From: an uncultured virus (IMG/VR IMGVR_UViG_3300010338_001863) | Lineage: Duplodnaviria; Heunggongvirae; Uroviricota; Caudoviricetes | IMG/VR virus record: IMGVR_UViG_3300010338_001863 | Direction: 5' to 3' (one strand) | DNA length: 62,853 nucleotides | Part shown: positions 8,785 through 16,357 of the stretch, piece by piece | How positions within the stretch are numbered: position 1 is the stretch's first letter | Layout: each line of letters starts with the position of its first letter | The notes under the pieces: generated by a model | The model's database searches: none | What the model saw: only the letters and a program-made list of their open reading frames with translations | Told to the model about the DNA's origin: nothing | Position numbers and translations under genes: made by a program

Positions 8785-9162
8785 TTAAGGCTGGATTTTA
8801 ATCCAACCTTGGTGGCGGAATACCGCCACCTTTTTGACACTCCCGTCAGGGAGTGTCTCTTCTTTTGACTCCCTGACGGAATGGGCGTAATATAAAGTTA
8901 CGCCCATGTCCTTAGCCTTTCGGCTAAGGACAGCCTGAAAGGCAGGCGACCCTCCAGGCTGATAGACCTCGCCACCCTCCTTGATGGCGAGGGAGCAGAG
9001 GTCAGAGGCCAAAGCCTCTAACTCTGACACCTCAGCAGAGGTGTTGTTCAACCTCTGCTGAAGCTCCTTTCCACCTTCTAAGGTGGAAAGCAGTGAGAAC
9101 CCTTCGCCCTGCTCGGGCAAAGGGGTATGGGCTGATGCCCATATCTTTTTCATATTTCCCAT
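8785..9162 (-). CDS. csx20: Csx20-like protein, candidate cyclic-oligoadenylate ring nuclease
   Basis: 125 aa. The motifs SAH, ELQ..LNN, VYQPGG and YYAHSVRESKEETLPDGSVKKVAVFRH match my recollection of the Csx20 pattern (FSH...ELQ..WSNI...QGD...YATT.R.S.E....DG..K...F.H). Not verified by search. Confidence 0.65.
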   Translation of the reverse strand: MGNMKKIWASAHTPLPEQGEGFSLLSTLEGGKELQQRLNNTSAEVSELEALASDLCSLAIKEGGEVYQPGGSPAFQAVLSRKAKDMGVTLYYAHSVRESKEETLPDGSVKKVAVFRHQGWIKIQP

Positions 9163-9174
9163 TTTTCCTCCTTC

Positions 9175-9725
9175 CCACCCCCTCGACTTGGGGCGCCCTT
9201 GTATTTGTTAAGCCCCCAAGGGAGGGGCCGAGTTTGTTTGCGGTTTACCCTTCTCCGTTTAAGGAAGGCATCCCTACCGCTAAGGTCCTTCCCGAGGAGA
9301 CCATCCATACCCAGGTCTTCCAATGGGGAGTGAGATACACTCCTCACTCACGAGTGGGTATTTATTTCTTATCGAAACCTCCCCAATACCCACAGAGAGG
9401 TTCCTAGGTCGGCGCCCCATAAACGCCGCCTCCACACTTTAGCTGGTGTTGCCACCAGTTGGGAAGGAGTAAGTGTGGGGAAACTCCTTCCCCTCTTTCA
9501 GCCTTTGGCTGCCCCATGCCCCTCCGTAGAAGAGTTTAGGGGACCCTCGCTCTTGTCGAGGGTTATCAACAGACACAGCCTCTCCTGGGCTGTATCCTAA
9601 GCATCCAAGTTTCCTTGGATGGCAGCACTCTTAGGTGCTGCAGTCCCCCAGCATAGCTGGGAGGCTATATCTTCCCCACTTATCAGTGAGGAAGGTATAG
9701 CCCCCCCTTGGTTAGGGGGGGAGAA
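9175..9725. other. GC-rich non-coding array of back-to-back stem-loops
   Basis: More than ten short inverted repeats, e.g. GGGAAGGAGT/ACTCCTTCCC, ACCCTCG/CGAGGGT, CATCCAAG/CTTGGATG, GCAGCAC/GTGCTGC, CCCAGC/GCTGGG. Confidence 0.7.
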
Positions 9726-9761
9726 TTTTTGTTTCCCTTCTTATCGGGATCGCAACTCCTA

Positions 9762-9953
9762 CTATTTTTTAGAAGGGGATTTTTTCCCCTTCTTTTTCTG
9801 TTCTTGGATGTGAATCTCACAATATTCACATCCAAGAAGATTGCAACTGAGGCAATTGAACGTTGCCTCAGTCACCGGTGAGCGCCACCAATGGCGCTCA
9901 CACGAACACACCCCGAGGCATCCCTCGGGGCATTTTAAATACTTCTTCTTCAT
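9762..9953 (-). CDS. small Cys-rich (zinc-binding) protein
   Basis: 63 aa with 8 Cys; GAGGAGG RBS. Confidence 0.65.
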   Translation of the reverse strand: MKKKYLKCPEGCLGVCSCERHWWRSPVTEATFNCLSCNLLGCEYCEIHIQEQKKKGKKSPSKK

Positions 9954-9961
9954 TTCTCCTC

Positions 9962-10030
9962 CTCTCCCGTAATTTACGGGGGTTTTTCCTTACATTATCC
10001 CACCATTTTAAGGTGGGATAATGTAGCCCC
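9962..10030 (-). repeat. intergenic hairpin repeat, copy 3
   Basis: CTCTCCCGTAATTTACGG..CCTTAC plus a TACATTATCCCACC/GGTGGGATAATGTA stem ending in GCCCC. Confidence 0.6.
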
Positions 10031-10031
10031 A

Positions 10032-10412
10032 TTAGTAGTAAGGTATCCATTCGACATGGCCCTTAGAGACCACGTCGTCTATTAACTCTACCGCATTTTT
10101 CAATGCGGCAGGTGTTATTTCGTGGAGAGTTACCTCCGCCTCTCCACGTGCCTTACCCTCACCAAAGACTGCGGTGAGGGTCTTGTCCTCATAATTGAGG
10201 ACAAGATACTGAAGGGGGACAAACCCCCTCCAGGTCAGGGCTTCCCTTTCGAGAAGCCCGTCTACTATACACTGGTTGTCCCAAAAAGGACAACCATTGC
10301 AAGTGAGATAACAATTATCTGTTACCTCACTTAATCTGATGTGGCCATTATGTAAATGGCCACAATTACATCTTCCCCCACAATGCGGGGGAATGTATAA
10401 AATATTTTCCAT
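10032..10412 (-). CDS. Cys/His-rich hypothetical protein, first gene of the leftmost early operon
   Basis: 126 aa, HCGGRCNCGH and CNGCPF motifs; AAGGAGGT RBS. Confidence 0.7.
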   Translation of the reverse strand: MENILYIPPHCGGRCNCGHLHNGHIRLSEVTDNCYLTCNGCPFWDNQCIVDGLLEREALTWRGFVPLQYLVLNYEDKTLTAVFGEGKARGEAEVTLHEITPAALKNAVELIDDVVSKGHVEWIPYY

Positions 10413-10527
10413 TTTACCTCCTTCCCCTGCCTGCTCGGTTCCCCAAGTCAGGACTTATGGGGACGCCTCATATTTATTACTCCCCTGAGACTGGGGAGAA
10501 TTTACTCTACATATTTAAATGTAGGGT

Positions 10528-10554
10528 TGACGACAGATATATTATCTGCCGTCA
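10528..10554. promoter_or_regulatory. near-perfect palindrome, candidate operator
   Basis: TGACGACAGATA-TAT-TATCTGCCGTCA upstream of the early operon. Confidence 0.45.
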
Positions 10555-10564
10555 CAATATTTAT

Positions 10565-10876
10565 AGGCACGGCTGGGAGATAGGGGGGGGGCATTTCCCC
10601 CAGCCGCCTACCCCCCCCGGGGGGGATAGTGGCGTAACCCCCTCCTCCCCGCGACTAAAAAAATGGGGGAATTGAGGGGGGGGGTGTATTCCTTCCTTCC
10701 TTTCCTTCCCTTCCTTCCTCCATTTCTCCTCACCCTTCCTTCCTTCCCTTCTTTCCTTTCTCCATTTCTCCTCATCCTTCCTTTCCTTCTTCCCTTCTTC
10801 TTTCTCTCTCCACTTTTTCCTCCTTTTTCCTCCCTTTCTTTCTCCTTCTCTTTTTTCTCCTCTTTCTTTTTTTTCT
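10565..10876. other. G/C homopolymer cluster with C8G7 palindrome followed by a ~188-nt polypyrimidine tract; candidate genome terminus/pac or origin region
   Basis: G9 at 10583, C8G7 at 10611-10625, G9 at 10676, then almost pure C/T at 10689-10876. The function is inferred. Confidence 0.5.
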
Positions 10877-10879
10877 TAC

Positions 10880-10927
10880 AGGGGAACTTAGCCGAAAGCC
10901 CATGACTTTAGTCACGGGGAGTGTCAA
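10880..10927 (+). mobile_element. collapsed IS200/IS605-type end (single hairpin)
   Basis: AAGCCCATGACTTTAGTCACGGGGAGTGTCAA is typical of tnpB-element ends; preceded by TTAC; shares the GACTTTAGTC core with the 15.4-kb element. Confidence 0.6.
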
Positions 10928-11024
10928 AGGTAAATAGGCAAAAAAATGTGATATGTGGGGGGGGTGGGATAATATGTGAATAAGATATTATGGTTAAAAA
11001 ATGTGGTAATTTTTTAGATGGTGG

Positions 11025-11240
11025 TTATATATATTTTCTGACTATTTCTGATTTTTTCTTTATTTCGTAGAAAGCTAGTTTTAAGCTTCTACTTGATGCT
11101 GATAGTGGGGTTTGGGAGTTAGGGAGTGCTATTGAGATTGTATATTCTTTATTAGAAGGGTTAAAAGAGATTTTTAGGAAATCTCCTTTAAGTTTGAGGT
11201 CGATTTTGACATTTCTTATTATATCTTCTATATAGTCCAT
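11025..11240 (-). CDS. hypothetical protein
   Basis: 71 aa, AAGGAG RBS. Confidence 0.6.
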   Translation of the reverse strand: MDYIEDIIRNVKIDLKLKGDFLKISFNPSNKEYTISIALPNSQTPLSASSRSLKLAFYEIKKKSEIVRKYI

Positions 11241-12031
11241 AAATCTCCTTTGATAGAATTGAAATATTGTTCTACTGGCTGATGCAAGTAATATAATTTA
11301 AGTAGAGCTAGGAATGCTTTAGTGGTTGATTTTAAGTCTACTTCCAATTGTTGGATTTTGGAATCTGACTTAGGGAACTTGACGATGAAGGCTTTAGTTG
11401 GGTAGAGGTTGTATGTTTCTTTGAGTGCTAGGGCGTAGGCTGCTACTTGGTAGAAGTTGTGGACTTTAAGTTTGTTAGTTGTTTTCCAATCGAGTAGGAT
11501 GAGGTTGTTTTGTTGATCTGAAGCTAATGCGTCGAGCCTACCTCCGAACCCTAGGGATGGGGAAGCAACAGGGATATCTCCTGACTGGAATGTAAGGTTG
11601 AGTGAGTGAGTCCAGTTGAGGAAGTTTTTGAAGGCTGCTTGAGCTTGCTGAGAAAGCTGGGGTATTGGTTTTAGGTTGATTAGGGCGTCTATCGCGTTGT
11701 GACATTCAGTTCCGACGTCTGCTGCTTCTTTCTTCAGTCTATCTGGGGACTTGAGAGCTGAGGAGTAAGCTTCTTCTAAATCTTCTTCTGAGAGGCTGAC
11801 CCCTATGGAGAGTTTGGATTCTAGGGCTGACTTCATCGAATCTAAGGCTGTTTTCTTACTCCAATAGGAAAGAGCTCCAGACTTCCCGGCGTCGAGCACT
11901 TCCAGAATAGCTGACACAGATGGGAGCTTTTGGTTTGCTACTTTGTAGAAATGACAAGTCTTAAATCCTACTCGCTCCTCAGAGTAATCGATCTGGAAAT
12001 TTGGGGACAAATTGATCAGAATCCCTCCCAA
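11228..12031 (-). CDS. PD-(D/E)XK superfamily exonuclease
   Basis: Motifs LPSVSAIL, GTECH, GGRLDAL, LLDWKT and QVAAYA. Confidence 0.85.
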   Translation of the reverse strand: MGGILINLSPNFQIDYSEERVGFKTCHFYKVANQKLPSVSAILEVLDAGKSGALSYWSKKTALDSMKSALESKLSIGVSLSEEDLEEAYSSALKSPDRLKKEAADVGTECHNAIDALINLKPIPQLSQQAQAAFKNFLNWTHSLNLTFQSGDIPVASPSLGFGGRLDALASDQQNNLILLDWKTTNKLKVHNFYQVAAYALALKETYNLYPTKAFIVKFPKSDSKIQQLEVDLKSTTKAFLALLKLYYLHQPVEQYFNSIKGDLWTI

Positions 12032-12291
12032 TCGGGGATTTGGGACTCTACAAATTTTACTGCTTTAGGGAAGTTAGGGTTGCTAGCAAATTTCATTGCC
12101 AACTCGGACAGGAGTCTAGCTAAAAGGTCTTTGTAGATACTCTGGTCCTCAACCAGTTGCTTGAGGAGCTGAGCTGTGGACTCTGGGTCGGATATGAACT
12201 TTGGGGCTAAAAGAAACGCTATTCTCCTTCTTCCCTGCACAGATTGCGACAAGTCTCTAAGTAATTTTAAGTCTGAATTTGACAGATTCAT
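12016..12291 (-). CDS. hypothetical protein
   Basis: Real start is probably ATG 12291 (MNLSNSD) after GGAGG; the upstream part of the 174-aa ORF only overlaps the resolvase. Confidence 0.65.
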   Translation of the reverse strand: MNLSNSDLKLLRDLSQSVQGRRRIAFLLAPKFISDPESTAQLLKQLVEDQSIYKDLLARLLSELAMKFASNPNFPKAVKFVESQIPDWEGF

Positions 12292-12797
12292 TGTTTTTCC
12301 TCCTTGTTTAGATTTAACGACTCTGATTGTCTTCCAAACTCTGCTATCAGGATTGAATCGGATATCCCTGAGTTGGGAGCTTCTATCCCGAACCGCTGCC
12401 TGACTACCTCCAGCGACGCTTTCTTCAGCTGCTCCTTCTTCAATCCTTTGGGAAGCAAGGCGGACTGCCAGGCTTTGCTGTCCACGAACTTGTACGGGAT
12501 GCCAATCGCTTCCAGAACTATCAGCGTGGCTTCTAGGCAACGGAGCGCGGAAGCCGTCGCTTTGAACCTGGTCGGATTCACCATCGGACGCTCAAGGTAC
12601 GCAATCGAGTCCTTGTACGGCAACAGGAGATCGACCAACTTCGCATAATCCACCCTGGAAATGAAGTGCGACTTCTTCTGGTAGTCCAGCACGCTCTTTA
12701 TCGGGGTGTTGATGTGGAGTACAACTTCTCTGGTATCCAAAGTTAGGACGGCTATCCCTCCAGTCACACCGTTGTCTATTCCTATTACGTATTTCAT
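12288..12797 (-). CDS. RuvC-like Holliday junction resolvase
   Basis: VIGIDNGVTGGIA, YLERP, WQ and SDSILIA acidic RNase-H-fold motifs. Confidence 0.8.
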   Translation of the reverse strand: MKYVIGIDNGVTGGIAVLTLDTREVVLHINTPIKSVLDYQKKSHFISRVDYAKLVDLLLPYKDSIAYLERPMVNPTRFKATASALRCLEATLIVLEAIGIPYKFVDSKAWQSALLPKGLKKEQLKKASLEVVRQRFGIEAPNSGISDSILIAEFGRQSESLNLNKEEKQ

Positions 12798-12844
12798 CAA
12801 TTCCTCCTGTTAGGAAAAGTAAGAAAGATCTTGGGATACTTCTG

Positions 12845-13210
12845 TCAGGAATGCCCAGATCCTCTTTTAGGAAATATCTTGTCTGCCAAATCCAACAATT
12901 CCTGGAAAGTCAACCCGCATTCCCTGCAATTGTCGTCCACTGGACATTCAAACAAGAGAGGGCATTTCCCTATCGTTTCGAATTCTTGCTTGTACAATTC
13001 CAAAGCTTCCAACTTCGGCATGTCGTACAGCTCCATGAATACTTCCAGCCATCCATCGGGTTTCCCGGCGGATACGTTGCATTCAAAGCAAACACCCTTC
13101 TTTTCTCCAAAGTATTTGCCTCCAAGCTTTTTTATTTCTTTTTTTATCTGCCTGGCTTTCATCCCATCTGGGATTCCAAGTTCTTTCCCGCATTTTTCAC
13201 ATTTAATCAT
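12845..13210 (-). CDS. zinc-finger protein
   Basis: CEKCG, CFEC and CP....CP....CREC motifs; no SD, start lies just after a -10 box. Confidence 0.7.
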   Translation of the reverse strand: MIKCEKCGKELGIPDGMKARQIKKEIKKLGGKYFGEKKGVCFECNVSAGKPDGWLEVFMELYDMPKLEALELYKQEFETIGKCPLLFECPVDDNCRECGLTFQELLDLADKIFPKRGSGHS

Positions 13211-13218
13211 AAAAGATA

Positions 13219-13247
13219 ATTATACTATTTTTTTTGAGAAAAGTCAA
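13219..13247 (-). promoter_or_regulatory. sigma70-type promoter
   Basis: TTGACT-17 nt (with A8)-TATAAT, 8 nt before ATG 13210. Confidence 0.85.
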
Positions 13248-13253
13248 GTATTT

Positions 13254-13856
13254 TTATAAGTCAATCCCTTGTTGTTCATCTATGTTTTTTTTCTTAAAAA
13301 AATCTATAATTTTTTTAAATATATTTTTTCTTTCTTCTTTTTTTTGGAAATGCTCTAACATATATTTTGCCGCAGAAGAAATAAAATTTTCGTATTCGGC
13401 CAATCCATTAAAAATAAAAATTTCTCTTACAAACAATTCCCCATTATGAAAAATTATCTTATTTTGTATTACGAAATCTCTAGCTAAAACATAGTTAAAG
13501 AAAAAATCATAAACATACTCTTCATCTAAAAACTTCCCGGTTTTTATAAAATATTCGTCCCTAAGTTTTTGAGTTATTTTAATCAAAACTTTTACCCCTA
13601 TGGAATCATTATCTTTTATTTTTGGTCGATTTATTAATTCCAACAATGTTTTAGCTTGATCATAATTTATATATAATATATCGCTATATATTCTTTTGTT
13701 TTTTACATAATATAGTCCGCATTTTACTAATTCTTTCATTTTATCTATATCACTAGTTCTGTCTTCAATTGCCCTATTAACTAAATATCTATCTTCGACA
13801 AATAGTCTCTTTCTTATATCGTCATGTATTTTATGATATATCCCTATGTCTATCAT
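13254..13856 (-). CDS. hypothetical protein
   Basis: 200 aa ORF in operon orientation. Confidence 0.7.
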   Translation of the reverse strand: MIDIGIYHKIHDDIRKRLFVEDRYLVNRAIEDRTSDIDKMKELVKCGLYYVKNKRIYSDILYINYDQAKTLLELINRPKIKDNDSIGVKVLIKITQKLRDEYFIKTGKFLDEEYVYDFFFNYVLARDFVIQNKIIFHNGELFVREIFIFNGLAEYENFISSAAKYMLEHFQKKEERKNIFKKIIDFFKKKNIDEQQGIDL

Positions 13857-13919
13857 AATAGTTTTTTTATATTCTCCTCAATTTGTTTATTTAAACCTTC
13901 CCATAATTTCTTGTTAAAT

Positions 13920-14366
13920 CTAGAAAATATCTTCTTCTTCAAGATATACCAAAATAGTTTTTGCTTTTATTTTATGGCTTTTAAAAATGTTAAATAACTT
14001 CTTGGTTATAATTTCTTTGTAATTATCTTTCCATTTTAAACAAAATATTTCACTTCTGAATTCAATCTCATCTTCATAAAAAATTACCTGATCAAAAGAA
14101 ATTTCCCCAATATTTTTTATTTTGATATTGTTCTTATTCCATGGAGTCCCAGGGATTTTATACCATTTAGTTTTTGAAACGATATCAGTTACTATTAATA
14201 TGCTTACTTTGTGCATAAATTATGAGATGTCATCATAAGACTCTTTATATATGCTATATTTTTCATTGGTTATTTTTTCAATTATTTCTTTTCTTGAAAA
14301 ATAACGATTAGGATTTTCACCTAAAAATTTTATAATCATATGTCGAAGTTCTTCATTATTATTCAT
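13920..14366 (-). pseudogene. two in-frame ORFs (48 aa and 98 aa) separated by one TAA; possible nonsense-disrupted gene
   Basis: ATG 14366 MNNNEELRHMIIKFLGENPNRYFSRKEII...DIS* is followed in the same frame by F-MHKVS...; ATG 14216 has no SD. Confidence 0.45.
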
Positions 14367-15366
14367 AGTTAGGATTTAATACCTTCATACTTAATTTCCT
14401 TTTTATCAAATCACAAAAAGTATATTTTTTAGGCCTTACAACAATCCCTTCTCTTTGGGTATTGGTATTGGCATAACAGCCGGAGCTCATAGACACTAAA
14501 TAATCAATATTCCAATCTTTCTTGAATTCTCCCTCATAAATTAATGGGACTGTCTTTAATCCTAATTCTTTACAAATAGAAACAATTTCGTCAAATCCCA
14601 AATATTTTTGTCCAGGGACATCAAAGATATCAAATACCATAAAATCTATTCCTCTTATCCCAAGCGGGTTCGTTTGTATCTTTTCTCCAAATATTTCGCC
14701 TTGTATAGCTATTTCCATTTTAGAATATTTTAACTTGTCTCCTATCCTATATTTCTTCTCTATTTCCCAATAGGCATTCTCTCCGTATTTTATTATATAA
14801 TTTCTGCTACATACATTAAATTTTGCTTCATAATAAAAGAATGTCGCTGATGTCCCATCTATTTTTTCTGTTATATATATATCTCCATCAATCTTTTTAA
14901 ATTCATCTAGTAATTCTGGCTTTGACTGGAGATTGATTTCATCTGTTTTTGGGATATAATATGGCATAGGGCCTTGCGGTTCTCCTTTAATAGTTATATC
15001 TATAGGTTTTTCCCATTTTTGAATTCCAAGGTCAGAAGTAACGTCGTCTCCTTTCTGTACTTCTTTTTTAAGCAAACTTAATGGAAGAATCAAACCAACT
15101 GATAATACTCCCTTCATTTTGACAGGTCTCAATCTGTTCCCAACTACCCCGTTATAGAATTTAGGTTTGCCCTTAGTTAAAAATGGAGCTACATCATGAG
15201 GTACCCAAGTATCAGGCTCAACAAATATTACTAAATCTCCCGGTTTATATAATCCTTTTTGAACTATTACTTTCCATCCCTTACCTTCTAATTCTGCAAG
15301 TTCTATTCTATCAGCACCAGATATCGGGATAAGATTTTTTATCGTTTGGATTGTCGCTAAGTTCAT
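14359..15366 (-). CDS. RNA ligase (Rnl2-like, DRB0094 family)
   Basis: N-terminal GADRIE domain; nucleotidyltransferase motifs EKIDGTS, QGEIFG, FMVFDI, REGIVVR and KVLN. Confidence 0.9.
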   Translation of the reverse strand: MNLATIQTIKNLIPISGADRIELAELEGKGWKVIVQKGLYKPGDLVIFVEPDTWVPHDVAPFLTKGKPKFYNGVVGNRLRPVKMKGVLSVGLILPLSLLKKEVQKGDDVTSDLGIQKWEKPIDITIKGEPQGPMPYYIPKTDEINLQSKPELLDEFKKIDGDIYITEKIDGTSATFFYYEAKFNVCSRNYIIKYGENAYWEIEKKYRIGDKLKYSKMEIAIQGEIFGEKIQTNPLGIRGIDFMVFDIFDVPGQKYLGFDEIVSICKELGLKTVPLIYEGEFKKDWNIDYLVSMSSGCYANTNTQREGIVVRPKKYTFCDLIKRKLSMKVLNPNYE

Positions 15367-15400
15367 TTTATCCCTCCTTATTTAATTATTATGATTAAAA

Positions 15401-15588
15401 TTGACGTACTCTGCACGACTAAAGTCGGCAGATTCTTTCCTGTATTGCTACAGGCTACATTGCATATTCGGTTTATACCGATTACCAATGGGGGACGCCA
15501 TAACCCCAACTACTTGGTTTTCACCAAGATACTTTTTACGTCCTAACCACATGACTAAAGTCAGTGGCTTGCGGACGCTATAGTTTAT
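15401..15588 (-). mobile_element. non-autonomous IS200/IS605-type miniature element (left end plus omegaRNA-like right end, no tnpA/tnpB)
   Basis: Two subterminal hairpins with a GACTTTAGTC core; right end GAATCTGCCGACTTTAGTCGTGCAGAGTACGTCAA; GC-rich island in AT-rich DNA, located after TGAC. Confidence 0.75.
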
Positions 15589-15681
15589 GTCATTTTTTCT
15601 TTTATACAAATAGGCTAACTTTACATCTCCATCGTATAATTCTTCTTTTCCATTATTTTTAATCCATCTTAAATTAGGCAT
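15448..15681 (-). CDS. small gene interrupted by, and reading into, the miniature IS element
   Basis: GAGGTG RBS; the first ~31 codons are phage-like and the rest derive from the element. Confidence 0.5.
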   Translation of the reverse strand: MPNLRWIKNNGKEELYDGDVKLAYLYKRKNDINYSVRKPLTLVMWLGRKKYLGENQVVGVMASPIGNRYKPNMQCSL

Positions 15682-15691
15682 ATCACCTCTT

Positions 15692-15959
15692 TCAATACTT
15701 TATATTTTTGGTATTTAATGTACAAAAACAAGGACCCTTGTCTTTTGTAGAACAATTTTTACAAGAGTCATAAGCTTCGGTACCATTTGTGGTGGTATAT
15801 TGGATAAAAGAAATAGAATTAAAAGAATCTAAAAAAGAATTTATTTTGTTTTTCATTTCATCTGCTTCTTTTTTTTTGTTTGGATTTATTTTTATATTTT
15901 AATTTCACAAGCTCATCTATCATGAAATGAAAAGCTATTTTTATATTTTCTATTTCCAT
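15692..15959 (-). pseudogene. small Cys-cluster gene split at an A9 run (or two tiny ORFs)
   Basis: MEIENIK...KSKQKK stops shortly after the A9 run; the shifted frame continues EADEMKNK...CKNCSTKDKGPCFCTL...*. Confidence 0.4.
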
Positions 15960-15960
15960 A

Positions 15961-16221
15961 TTATTTCTCCTCCCAATAATTAATTTTTCTTTTGATTATT
16001 TGAGCATAACACATAGTAAAATCAATTGCTTTTTGAAAAAGTCTATTTTTCTTTTTGTATCCCCTTTTAAGTAAATATTTCTCTGCGTCTTCTTTATTTA
16101 AAAATACTTTATCTATTTTATTATCTCCTTTGGTTGTATCGCTTAGAACAACAATATAAACGTCGGAATAATTTATTTCATATACAAATGATCCTATAGG
16201 GTATTGTTTTTCTTGGCTCAT
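15961..16221 (-). CDS. hypothetical protein
   Basis: Start at ATG 16221 after AAGGAGG; VYIVV...IDKVFLNKEDAEKY motif common in small phage proteins. Confidence 0.7.
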   Translation of the reverse strand: MSQEKQYPIGSFVYEINYSDVYIVVLSDTTKGDNKIDKVFLNKEDAEKYLLKRGYKKKNRLFQKAIDFTMCYAQIIKRKINYWEEK

Positions 16222-16254
16222 ATTCGTTTCCTCCTTCATGTTCATTACAAATTT

Positions 16255-16283
16255 ATTTTATATTTTTTTTGATTATTTGTCAA
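16255..16283 (-). promoter_or_regulatory. sigma70-type promoter
   Basis: TTGACA-17 nt (with A8)-TAAAAT. Confidence 0.8.
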
Positions 16284-16357
16284 GAGTATACAAAAAATGT
16301 TTTAAAAAGACAATAAAGAAATAAACAAAACCCAATAAAACAAAGACAGAAATAAAA

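Noticed and set aside
10663..10905. 80-aa F/L/P/S ORF (and the similar 17650..17898)
   Set aside because: Artefact of translating polypyrimidine tracts, which cannot contain stop codons.
11228..12031. Cas4 call for the nuclease
   Set aside because: It lacks the C-terminal Cys cluster for the Fe-S centre and has no cas context; a generic PD-(D/E)XK exonuclease fits better.
12292..12540. N-terminal extension of the 174-aa ORF
   Set aside because: It overlaps the resolvase out of frame, and a strong SD supports the start at 12291.
13254..13856. MIDIGIYHKIHDD as a sixth member of the HxxYxxH family
   Set aside because: His spacing differs and there is no following Cys pair.
14220..14222. Stop-codon reassignment
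   Set aside because: Long genes read cleanly in the standard bacterial code, and TAA, TAG and TGA all end genes; this is an isolated case.
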